Source: an uncultured Planctomycetota bacterium (lineage in GTDB: Bacteria; Planctomycetota; Planctomycetia; Pirellulales; Lacipirellulaceae). From it: 47,017 nt of DNA. Positions within the stretch are counted from its first letter, which is position 1. Each line of letters starts with the position of its first letter. The translations under genes and the position numbers were made by a program. The stretch spans positions 1 through 47,017 of the forward strand of contig CAVRBU010000007.1 in NCBI GenBank assembly GCA_963719315.1, given 5' to 3'. Below, piece by piece: positions 10,987 to 21,804 of the stretch. The notes under the pieces are model-generated. The model was not told the origin of the DNA, did not search any database, and saw only the letters and a program-made list of their open reading frames with translations.

Positions 10987-11013
10987 TGAGACAAATCCCC
11001 GCCCACGTCGCAT
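10987..11013 (+). promoter_or_regulatory. Putative ECF promoter copy 2 (TGAGAC-N16-CGCAT)
   Basis: GATTCCGTGAGACAAATCCCCGCCCACGTCGCATGGAGCGGTGAG, nearly identical to the 13186 copy. Confidence 0.75.
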
Positions 11014-11063
11014 GGAGCGGTGAGACATCGCGATTCTTGGTCGGTTTGCCTGGGAAAGAACAC

Positions 11064-13065
11064 ATGAAATCATCAACACGTTTGAACAGTCGAAACGCTG
11101 CGCCGATGCGCCACTTTGCACGCCGACTCAGCATCGTTCTTGCTCTTGCCGCGTGCGCTATTCTTCAGCAAGCCGAGACCGCCGCCCGCGCCGCCATGGT
11201 GCGCACGGTCGTCCTCAACGGCCAACAAGCCGCCCGGCACGCCCAGTGGTGTGAACTTCAACTTGGACCGGGGCCTCCTTATCCTCGGTAGTTTGCCCGT
11301 GCTGAACGACGCCGGCCAAACCGCGTTTAATGCCATCCTCACAGGCAGCGGCGTGGATTCTACCAACAGCCAGGGCATTTGGTCGGAGGGTTCCGGCAGC
11401 TTGGCAATGGTGGCGCGAAGCGGGAGCCACGCCCCCGGCACGCCCAGCGGAGTGAACTACTTCAGCTTTCTTGGCAGCGGCCTCACGTCGCCCGTGCTGA
11501 ACGACGCCGGCTCAACCGCGTTTCGAGCCCAACTCACTGGCAGCGGAATCGTGGGTAACACCAACGACACGGGCATCTGGTCGGAGGGTTCCGGCAGTCT
11601 CGCGCTGGTGGCCCGCAGCGGGAGCCAGGCCCCCGGTACTCCCAGCGGCGAGAACTTCAGCGGCTTCGGCGTGGCCTTCGGCATCTCTAGCAACCCCATT
11701 GGACCGCCCGTGCTGAACGACGCTGGCCAAACCGCGTTTGTTGGCTACACCAGCCACAGCGCGGGCATTTGGGCGAGCGACCGGACCGGTGCCTTGCAGC
11801 TCATTGCCCGCTACGGCGACCCACTGGAGGTGGCGCCCGGCGACATCCGCACGATTGGTGGCTTAGATTTCGTCAGCCAGTTTCTTTTTCGCGACGGCCA
11901 GTCCAAATTCAACAACTTGGGTCAGCTCGTCTTCGAGGCCTACTTCACCGACGGCTCATCGGGCATCTTCGTCTCGAACCGCGTGGCAAGTATCCCCGAG
12001 CCAAGCACGCTCCTGCTTCTATGCTTTGGAAGTCTGGCGGTGTTGTGGCGGAGACGAGGTTTACTTTGTGCCGCAATTCTAGTTGCCGCCGTTGGCTCAA
12101 CCTGCGCGGACCACGCCCAGGCCGTCACCATCGACATGGTGACTGTCGGCAACCCCGGCAACGCGCCCGACACCCGTTACAACAGTATCTCCGTCGGCTC
12201 GGTCGACCACGCCTTCCAGATCGGCAAGTATGAAGTTACGGCCGGCCAATACACCGAGTTCCTCAATGCAGTGGCCAAGGACGACCCCAACGGGCTCTAC
12301 AATACCAGGATGGGAGATCCGAGTTCTTCCTCTTTAGGCGCAAACATTCAGCAAACCGGTTCTTCCCCCAACTTCAGTTACAGCGTCGCCGCCGACTGGG
12401 CCAACCGGCCAGTGAATTACGTGAGCTTCTGGGACGCGGCCCGATATGCCAATTGGCTCCACAACGATCAGCTCACCGGGCCGCAGGGCCCGGGAACCAC
12501 CGAGGGCGGCGCGTATCACGATGTCGGCGACCAGGTGCTTTTTGGACGCAACCCAGGCGCGAAATTCTTCATCCCCACCGAGGACGAGTGGTACAAGGCG
12601 GCATACCACGATAAGGCTGCCGGCTTGGCGGCCACTTACTTCGACTATCCAACGGGGACGAACACTGTACCGGGAAACAACATCAACGAGACGAGCAATC
12701 CGGGAAACAACGCGAATTACTACATCAACGACTATGCGATTGGCAGCCCATACTATCGCACGGTAGTCGGGGAATTCGAGTTGTCCGACAGCCCTTACGG
12801 CACGTTCGATCAAGGTGGTAACGTGCTTGAGTGGAACGAAACGGCTGTGAGCGGTTTGTCGGGTAGTGCGCGCGGTGGGGGGTTCAACGTCCGCTTTCCA
12901 GATTTTCTGCGTGCGTCCTCCCGCGCCAATGGTGGTCCCGCGTTCGAGATCAATTTTGTCGGATTCCGCGTGGCAAGTATTCCTGCGCCTGAGCCAACTT
13001 CCTTCTTGATCGCTGCCATCGGCATTCTCGGCTTGGTTGGCAGTTCCCCGCGTCGACAGCGGTGA
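11064..13065 (+). CDS. Double PEP-CTERM protein: NxxGxxAF-repeat domain, internal PEP-CTERM, second signal peptide, FGE/SUMF1-like domain, PEP-CTERM (frameshift near 11230)
   Basis: LNDAGQTAF repeats; IPEPSTLLLLCFGSLAVLWRRR; AQA-VTIDMVTVGNPGN; IGKYEVT, PTEDEWYKAA, GNVLEW, GFRVA; terminal APEP plus TM plus RRQR. Confidence 0.85.
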
Positions 13066-13132
13066 ATCCCATCGGTACCAGCCGTACGACGGTAAGCCGA
13101 AGGCGGAGTCTTATCTCGATTTCCGCCGTCTT

Positions 13133-13166
13133 TTCATGCTTCGTGTCCTTCGTGCCTTCGTGGTTC
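13133..13166 (-). repeat. Short 9-bp periodic intergenic repeat (AACCACGAAGGCACGAAGGACACGAAG)
   Basis: Three CACGAAG units read directly from the sequence. Confidence 0.5.
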
Positions 13167-13185
13167 AAATTCTTTCCGGATTCCT

Positions 13186-13212
13186 TGAGACAAATCGCCG
13201 CCCACGTCGCAT
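13186..13212 (+). promoter_or_regulatory. Putative ECF promoter copy 3 (TGAGAC-N16-CGCAT)
   Basis: GATTCCTTGAGACAAATCGCCGCCCACGTCGCATGGAGCGGTGAG. Confidence 0.75.
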
Positions 13213-13259
13213 GGAGCGGTGAGTCAATACGATCCCCGCCTAATCTCCTGGGAGAACCC

Positions 13260-14435
13260 ATGAAACGCCGAATGCTACTCCTGTCTCTGGTTTGCATCCT
13301 GCTGGCGGTCCCGGCCAGGGCTGCGGGCACCGCTGGCGCAGTGACGTACAAAGCCACTCTGCTGCAGCCGGCTAGGTTCACTTCCTCGACCGCGTACGGT
13401 GTCTCGGGCGAACGCCAAGTCGGGTCGGGCGCTGGTGCTGCGACGGGCGGCAATCCCCACGCGCTGCTATGGAATGACACGGCGGCGAGTGTCGTGGATC
13501 TGAATCCCGTTGGCTTCAGGGGTTCAAACGGGACGAGCGTATCGGGCGGACGCCAGGTCGGCTCGGGTTCTGGTCCTATGACCGGCGAAGAATCACACGC
13601 GCTGTTGTGGAATGGCACGGCGGCGAGTGTCATCGACCTGAATCCCGTGGGGTTTAACGATTCGGGTGCATCGGGGCTCTCGGGCGGGAACCAAGTCGGA
13701 GGGGGTTATGGACCGGCGACCGACTACAATAATCACGCGCTATTGTGGAGCGGCACGGCGGCGAGTGTCGTCGATCTGAATCCTACTGGAATCGAGTCCT
13801 CCAGCGCGAGTGCCATCGGGGGCGGAAGCCAAGTCGGGAGTGGCCACGGCCCGGCGACCGGCGGCAATACAGACCACGCGCTGCTGTGGAGCGGGACGGC
13901 CGCCAGCGCCGTCGATCTACATCCCGCTGGCTTTGTTAATTCGGGTGCATTGGGCGTCTCGGGCGAAAGCCAGGTCGGGTACGGCCTGACATCCGTGAAC
14001 GGCAATATTCACGCGCTGATGTGGAGAGGTACGGCATCGAGCGCCGTCGATCTGAATCCCGCGGGGTTCGCTTTTTCGGTAGCGTTCGGCGTCGTGGGCG
14101 GAAGTCAAGTTGGGAGCGGCGGTGGACCTCCGACTGGCGGCAGTGACCACGCGCTTCTGTGGAATGGCACGGCGGCGAGTGTCGTCGATTTGCATCCCTA
14201 CTTGACCGGATTGGGGCGCACGTTCACGTCATCGTACGCGCGCGGCATTGCCGAAAATGGCTCGATTGTTGGAGCCGCATCCGATGGCAGCGCCGACTAT
14301 GCCATCCTCTGGACTCCGATCCCCGAGCCAAGTTCGCGCCTGCTCACGGCGCTGGGCATGCTCGGCCTGGTTGCTCGGCGAGCGCCGCGAAACTCTGCTC
14401 GGTTACCCAAAGTTCGCGTTGGCCGCATCGTTTAA
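13260..14435 (+). CDS. PEP-CTERM protein with six ~44-aa HAF-like repeats (probable beta-propeller)
   Basis: GGAGA RBS; signal peptide; six QVG...HALLW(N/S)GTAASxVDLxP repeats; IPEP plus TM plus RR. Confidence 0.88.
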   Translation: MKRRMLLLSLVCILLAVPARAAGTAGAVTYKATLLQPARFTSSTAYGVSGERQVGSGAGAATGGNPHALLWNDTAASVVDLNPVGFRGSNGTSVSGGRQVGSGSGPMTGEESHALLWNGTAASVIDLNPVGFNDSGASGLSGGNQVGGGYGPATDYNNHALLWSGTAASVVDLNPTGIESSSASAIGGGSQVGSGHGPATGGNTDHALLWSGTAASAVDLHPAGFVNSGALGVSGESQVGYGLTSVNGNIHALMWRGTASSAVDLNPAGFAFSVAFGVVGGSQVGSGGGPPTGGSDHALLWNGTAASVVDLHPYLTGLGRTFTSSYARGIAENGSIVGAASDGSADYAILWTPIPEPSSRLLTALGMLGLVARRAPRNSARLPKVRVGRIV

Positions 14436-14677
14436 CGCACCGAATCACAGCTCGAACCCGCCTGGGAGAACACACATGAAACGCCTCACCGCGCTACTGG
14501 GCTTCGCTTGCGGTCTGCTGGTCCCGACCGCTGCGGCTTCGGCGACCACATACTCTTTCACGAACATCATCGATAGCACGGTCGCCGCGCCGACCGGCAA
14601 TTACCTCAATATTCGTGATGCCGCCATCAGCGGCAACAAGGTCGCGTTTCAAGCCGGTTATAACCAAGGGGCCTTAG

Positions 14678-16232
14678 CAGCCTGTTGAAGAAGTTGGTAT
14701 TTGGTGATTTTAGGCAGCCAACGCGAGCGGTTGGTTGATGGTTGATTTTTGTCGGCCGGTCGGCGGCGTGGGCGTCAGCAGACGCTCCAGCGCGGCCAGG
14801 GTGTTAAACAACACAACATGCAAGGCGTCGGCAAGCCCGCCGTTCCCTTGCAGGCTCCTGGCCGTGCCGATTCCGAACAAGTGGCGCAGGACGAGGCCCA
14901 GATTGCGTGCCATGGCCAACGTCAGGTATCGCTTTCTCACTTTCTCGATACCATGCAGCCACGTTCGCCGACTGCCGCCCGTCTCGCAGACGTGGGCGAA
15001 ACTCCGCTCGACCTTCTCACTCCTCTCGCGTGTAGAGCACGTCCTCGCTTTCCTTTGACCCGGCGGCGGTTGCCCGTCACCGCCCGACGCTCTTCGTCCG
15101 CTTTGTTTTTCCAATTGCGACGATGCGCGTGCTGTGGTTCGGCGATGTACGTTCGTAGACCCTCGGTGAATTCCAATTCGGCCAGCGTCTCGTTCCCCGA
15201 GTAGCCTTTGTCCGCCACCGTCTCCTCGATGTCCGCGTCGCTGTCGGCTTGAATCAAGTTGTCTTGCGCTTGGCTGAGGCTCGGGCCGATCGTGTCCACG
15301 TCGGCCGCGTTGGCGTGATAGATCTCGGCCGCCAGGATCAGCTCCGTGTCCAGATCGACGACGTGTTCGGCCTTGTAGGCCAGATGCGTGCGGCCGTCCT
15401 TCATCCGGGTGATCCGGCTGTCTGGGTCGGTTTCGCTCTGCCATTCTTGGTTCGAGACCTTTTTGTCCTTGCGCTGGCGATCGAACCGAGCAATCTCCTC
15501 GGCTGAGGGTTCGTCGCCCGGCTCGATCTGGCCTGCTTCCTGCATCAGACGCCGAACATACTCCTGCCAGTCCTCGCCCGTGTCGCGCCTGACGATGCTC
15601 TTCATGGCCGCGTCGGCCTCCAGGGTCGTGGCGTCGACGCCCACCGTCTTGCCGGCGAGCAGGCCTTGCTGCTCAGCCACCTCGAGCACGAAGCAGAATA
15701 CTTGCCGATGAACCGACAACGGCAGTCGGTCGCGGACCCGCGTCAGGCTCGAATGGTCAGGCGTCTCTTCGCCGAGCGGGACGCCCAGAAATTCTCGCAA
15801 GCTGAGACTGTCGGCACACCGCCAGGCGATGCCCCGCTGCGAGCCGAGGCCCTCGAAGTAGCCCACCAACAGCATCCGGAAGTAGACGCCCGGCGGAATG
15901 CCGGGCCGCCCCATCGTTTCGTGGTAGTACGGCTCACAGAGCCTTTCGACGAACTCGTCGAAGCCGGCTGCTCGCAGCAATTGATTGAGCTTGCCGTAAA
16001 ACACATGCCCTTCCGACCGCGGCAACTGGTCCACCGGGATCCAGAAGGACGACTGCTGCTCTTGGTTGCGGTGTCCCAACGCCATCCGTGATCTCCTCAA
16101 TTCGGCTCTGCGGATGCCTGAGCAAAACAATAATCGCTCTTACACTGGCATCCACGCCAACCGCAGGCGACAATTTAGCGCCATGCCGTCGTTAGCGAAA
16201 GTCTATCCAAAGGAGACTTCTTCAACAGGCTG
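14678..16232 (-). mobile_element. IS1182/IS5-like insertion sequence, 1555 bp
   Basis: Perfect 17-bp TIR CAGCCTGTTGAAGAAGT; 4-bp TSD TTAG at 14674-14677 and 16233-16236. Confidence 0.93.
14710..16085 (-). CDS. Transposase (DUF772 plus DDE; frameshift near 15030)
   Basis: GRPGIPP, PDHSSLTRVR, VGVDAT, VADKGY, RSEKVERSFAH. Confidence 0.9.
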
Positions 16233-19200
16233 TTAGGGATCATCGACAGTATCTTCACCAGCACCGGTGGGCTGCGAACCGAGATCGCCCGAGAATTAGC
16301 CAACGCGCCTGGCGGCGGCACTTTCTCATCGTTCGGCCGTCCCGCGATCGATGGCGGAACGGTGTATTTCGGAAGCCACATTTTCTATTTTGAGAGCTTC
16401 AGTTACGGCGATGGGGTTTTCTTCGGAGCCGGCCTGCACACTCCGAGCGGCCCGGTGGTCTCCACGGCCGTTGTTCCGACTTATCTCTGGAACAGTTTGT
16501 ACACGAGTGTCGCCGATCCGCTGTTCAGCAATGGCATGTTGGCCTATCGCGCTTCGACTAGCTCTTCCATACCGGATAGTCTGTATCTCTCGGACAATTC
16601 CAGAATCGTGGGCAAAGGTGATCCGGCGCCGCCGGGCGGGACGTTTAGTTCCATCGATGCCAATTACGGTTTCAACCGCGGCACCGTGGTGTTCCGTGGT
16701 TTGTACGGCAGCGGGGAAGGAATCTTTACCGGTGTCGCTGGCGGAACGCTTAACACGATCGTCAAGAAAGGCGACTCCACGCCACTGGGCGAAACTTTCA
16801 GCACCGTTCTCGATCCCGCAATCAGCGACAGCAAGGTAGCGTTTCTCGGCACGTTCGCCAGCGGTAGCGGCATCTTCACAGGCGACGGCGGACCGCTCTT
16901 AACCGTCGTCAAGGCGGGCGACGCGACGCCCGGCGGCGGCACGTTCACAAGTTTTTCTGTTCCCGCAATTGGCGGCGCGACGTTGGCTTTTCGCGGCAGC
17001 CACTCAGGCGTCGAAGGCATCTACACAAAAATGGGCGCAGCATTGAAAACGGTCATCGAGGTCGGTGATCCATTTTTCGGGAGCACGCTGGCCGGCTTCA
17101 ACTTCAGCGACCTCGGACTCGACCCCGGTGGAAGTGGGAACATGGCCTTCACCTATCGTCTGGCCGATGGCCGTACCGGCGTGGCGATGGCCGTACCGGG
17201 TGCGGGGCTTCCCACGATTTTCCAGGACGCGGCTGGCACGATCCCCGTTTCCGACAGCGTTGGCATCGTGTTTGTTCCAGTCCCCAATTTCGAGGGACGC
17301 AACCTGACGCAGGCCTATCTTTCGGGCGCGGACCTGAAAGCGCAAACGCCCGCAACGTCAACCTCACGAACGCGTACTTGAAAAGTGCCGACCTGACCAA
17401 TGCCGATCTGCGCAACGCCAACCTGAGCGGCGCGAATTTCGAAGCGGCCCAATTGGCCGGAGCAAACTTCAGCGGCGCCAACGTGAGCTGGACGAATTTT
17501 ACTCGCGATTTTGTCACGACTTCGCCGATCTGTGACTCTGGCGGTTGCCACGGTTCCACTACCACCGGTTATGGCGGCATCACGCCGGCCCAGCTCTACA
17601 CGACCGCTAGCTACTTGTCCCACGATTTAACCGGAATAAATCTCGTGGCCAACACGCTGAACAATGCGAATTTCGTCGGCCAAAATCTAACCAACGCAAC
17701 CTTGTCAACCAACGCCTTCGGCGAGCCTCCCACATCACTGAGCAATGCCAATCTCAGTCAGGCGAAACTCACCAATGCAAACTTATACGCTGCCAACTTG
17801 AGAGGCGCGAACCTTAGCCATACGATCCTCAATAATAGTGACCTTTCGGCGCCGATCTAACGGGCGCAAATCTAACTGGGGCCGATGTACGTGGAGCACA
17901 CCTCGGCGGAGCTACCGTCAATGTGTATGGATACAGTTGCGTGAAACCCTCGTTCGGCGGTTGTTCTGGCACTGTTTATGGAGTGACTTCCTCCTATATG
18001 AGCGCTGGCATTATTCTTGAGCAACTCGAGACGACGGCCAGTTACCAGGCCCACGACTTGACCGGCATCGACTTGGCCAACACGAACCTGGCTGCCGCTA
18101 ACTTTGCTGGCTTCAACCTCACCAATGCAATCTTCAAAGGCGCAACGCTTTTCGGCGCCAATCTCTCGGGGGCCGATGCCCGCGGAACCGCCGGCCTCGA
18201 CCTGACTCAGCCCGCCACGGCCTACCTCATCCAACCCAACGGGCATATCGCGGGACTCGACCTGAACGCGGGCAAGACCCTGATTGTCCGTGACTATGAC
18301 GGCAACCCGGTGCTAAGTCTCGAGCCGGTTCCCATCATGGTGGATCAGCACTTCGCCGTGGGCCCTGGCGGCACGCTGCGAATGGTGTTCGAGGCGGACG
18401 CCTGGGATTCGACGATTTCGTTTGCCGCCGGCCTCCCCGTGACTCTCGGCGGCACCTTGGACCTCACGTTTGCCGAGGGTACGAACCTCACCAGCCAAGT
18501 CGGCCGGACGTTCCAACTCTTCGATTGGACCGGCGTTGCTCCGACCGGTGCCTTCAACATTGCCAGTTCCTACACGTGGAACTTGTCGAAGCTTTACTCC
18601 TCCGGTGAAATCACACTAACTGCTGTGCCCGAGCCGTCCAGCCTCGCGCTCGCGGCGATGTGCATATTCGGATTTGTTTTGTCTCTACGGAGAAGTGTCT
18701 ACCGCGCAAGCCGACTCAGCACGGTTGTTGTCATTGCTGTATGCGCCGCGCCGCAGCGCACCGAGGCCATAACGATCAACATGGTCCCGGTCGGCAACCC
18801 CGGCAACGGGCCGGATAACCGCTATCACAATATCTCGGTGGGTTCGGTGGACCACGCCTACCAGATCGGCAAGTACGAAGTCACAGCCGACCAGTACACC
18901 GAATTTCTCAACGCCGTGGCCAAGGCCGACCCCAACGGGCTGTACAACACGGACATGGGGAACATCTCAAGCGGCGGCGCCAATATCCGGCGCATCGGCT
19001 CGTCCCCGAACTTTAGGTACAGCGTGGCCGCCGACTGGGCTAACCGGCCGGTGAACGATGTGAGCTTCTGGGACGCCGCCCGATTCGCCAATTGGCTTCA
19101 CAATGGCCAACCCACTGGAGCCCAGGATTCCGGAACGACCGAGGGCGGCGCGTATCACGATGTGGGCAATCAGACGGCGTTTGGACGCAACGCCGGCGCG

Positions 19201-19519
19201 AAATTCTTCATTCCGACCGAAGATGAGTGGTACAAAGCCGCCTACCACGACAAGAGCCGGACTGGCAGCCAATTACTTTGACTATCCCACTGGCACCAAC
19301 GCTGTGCCCGGAAACGACATCTCCGAGACGACCAACCCGGGCAACAACGCAAATTACATGATCAACGGCAATTTGGCGATTGGCAGCCCTGGAGATCGGC
19401 ATTGAAACGGGACCCACCTGGGGTGCGGAATCGGCATTGAAAAGGGACCCACCGCAGCGGACTTCGTAAGCTGGATTCCCGGTTTTTAAACTGGGGAATT
19501 CAGCGAAGCGGAGTCAAGG

Positions 19520-21227
19520 ATGCTGAAGGTGGAGGATTACGGCAGGATACGTCGTGCTCATCGCGATGGCATGAGCATTCGGGAGATCGCCCGGACGTTT
19601 GGGCATTCGCGACGAAAGATCCGCGAGGCACTGGCGCAGGCAGAGCCGCGGCCTTACACGCTGTCGCTACCGCGACCGCGGCGGGTGCTGACCGATGTGC
19701 ACCAGCAATGGATCGGCGCGATTCTCGTCGAAGATGAGCAGGCGCCTCGCAAGCAACGTCACACAGGAGCGCAACTCTTTCGGCGGCTGCGGGACGAAGA
19801 GCAGTACGTCGGCAGCTACGACCAGGTGCGAAGGTACGTGGCCGCGACGCGGGGGCGGCAGCGCGAAACGTTTCTCCCTTTGTCGTACGAGCCAGGCCAA
19901 CGGGCCGAGAGCGACTTCGGTCAGATCTGGGTCGACTTCCCGGAAGGCAGGCGCCAGGTTCCGATCCTGCTGGTGACGTGGGCCTACTCAAACGCCACCT
20001 TTATGATTGCGCTGCCGAGCGAAAAGACCGAGGCGATCCTGCATGGCACGGTGGCGGCGTTTGCGTTTTTTCGTTGCGTGCCCAAAGAACTGTGGTGGGA
20101 TAATCCAAGAACCGTTGCGACCACGATTCTGCGTGGCCGCCAACGGGAGTTGAACCAGCGCTGGCAGGCGCTGGCCAGTCACTACAACTTCGAGCCGTTG
20201 TTCTGCCTGCCGGCTCGCGGTAACGAAAAGCCGCACGTCGAGAACCGGGTGAAGCTGTTCGAAGCGCCAGTGGGCGACGCCGGTCCCTCAAGTGAAGGAT
20301 CTGACAGAGCTAAATGCCTACCTGCTTCAATGCTGCGAGCGGGATGCTCGGCGGACGATTGCGGGCCACAGCGAAACGATCGGCGCCGCTTCGCGACAGA
20401 GCAGATTCAGCGCCTTGCCGCTGCCCGAGCGCCCGTTTGAAGCCGCCGTGAGCGAGGTCCGTCAAGTCGACAAGTACCAGACGGTCGCCTGGGAGAAGAA
20501 TCGCTACAGCGTGCCGCGGCGGCATGCGTTCGCCACGGTCACGGTAAAAGCCACTATCGATCGCATCGAAGTCATCCGCGACGGCCAGCGGATTGCCCGG
20601 CACGAGCGCTCCTACGGACAGGGCGAGCAAGTGCTCGATCCGCTGCACTACCTGTCCACTCTGGGAGTGAAGCCAGCCTATTTGGATCACACTAACGTTT
20701 ACCGCAATTGGCGTCTGCCGGCGGCGTTTACCCAGTTGCGCGAACATTTTGAAACACGCCACGGATCGTTGCCGGGCGCTCGGCAATTCATCCGCGTGCT
20801 GCAGCTGTTGGCAGAGCACCCGCTGACTCGGGTTGAGCAGGCCATCCAGGCCTGCCGCGGCGACGGCGTCGTCACGGCCGAGCGGATTGCTGGGCTCTGC
20901 GAGCGACTGGCGCTGCGCTCCACCCGCGGCGAAGCGAACCTAATCGGGCAGCTGCGATCGATTCCTGCGGTGCAAGTCCCGCTGCCGGACTTGCGCCGCT
21001 TTGACTCGTTACTCTCTCACGGAGGAGAAGATCATGGCCCAGAAAGAAACGCCCCTGTTACTGCGTTCGAACCTCAAGGCGCTACGCCTGCCGACGATGC
21101 TGGCCGAGTATGGCAAGCTCGCCGGGGAAGCGACCAACAGCAACCAGGACTACCTCGACTATCTGTTGCGCCTGACGGAGTTGGAGTTAGCCACACGCAG
21201 TGCCAATGCTCTGCAGGCGCACATTAA
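19520..21227 (+). CDS. istA: IS21 transposase (frameshifted near 20260-20390)
   Basis: HTH MSIREIAR, QRAESDFG, WWDN, EKPHVE, NRYSVP. Confidence 0.88.
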
Positions 21228-21804
21228 ACAGGCTGGCTTCCCGGTGCAGAAGGACCTCGATGCATTCGACTTTAGCGCGGCGCCCGGCCTCTCGAAGCCC
21301 AAGATCCTGGAACTGGCCCGCTGCGGCTGGATTGATCAGCGTCAGAACTGCTGCCTGTTGGGTAGTTCGGGAACTGGAAAAACGCATCTGGCCATCGCCT
21401 TGGGCCTGGCCGCCTGCCGACTGGGCAAGCGAGTCCGCTTCTTTACCGCTGCCACACTGGTCAATCGCTTGGAAGAGACGCAGAAGCAGTACCAGCTCGA
21501 GCGATTGTTGAAGCAGCTCGACAAGCTCGATCTGCTTGTCTGCGACGAGCTCGGTTATCTCTCGTTCAATCGCAGCGGAGCGGAACTGCTGTTCCAGGTA
21601 TTCGCCGATCGCTACGAGCGATCCAGCCTGTTGATCACCAGCAACTTGCCGTTCAGCGAATGGCAGCAGGTGTTTCAGGGAGAACGGATGACAGCTGCTC
21701 TCTTGGACCGGCTGACGCACCACTGCGAAATCTTTGAGATGAACGGTGAAAGCTACCGCTTCCGGGAGTCGATGAAACAAAAGCGAACCACCAAGGGCAA
21801 GTAG
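21034..21804 (+). CDS. istB: IS21 helper ATPase
   Basis: GSSGTGKTHLA, DLLVCDELGY, ITSNLPFSEW, ALLDRLTHH. Confidence 0.95.
   Translation: MAQKETPLLLRSNLKALRLPTMLAEYGKLAGEATNSNQDYLDYLLRLTELELATRSANALQAHIKQAGFPVQKDLDAFDFSAAPGLSKPKILELARCGWIDQRQNCCLLGSSGTGKTHLAIALGLAACRLGKRVRFFTAATLVNRLEETQKQYQLERLLKQLDKLDLLVCDELGYLSFNRSGAELLFQVFADRYERSSLLITSNLPFSEWQQVFQGERMTAALLDRLTHHCEIFEMNGESYRFRESMKQKRTTKGK

Noticed and set aside
19390..19455. Tandem ~25-bp repeats as a CRISPR array
   Set aside because: They are IS21 subterminal repeats mirrored at the other end of the element; no cas genes or spacer array.
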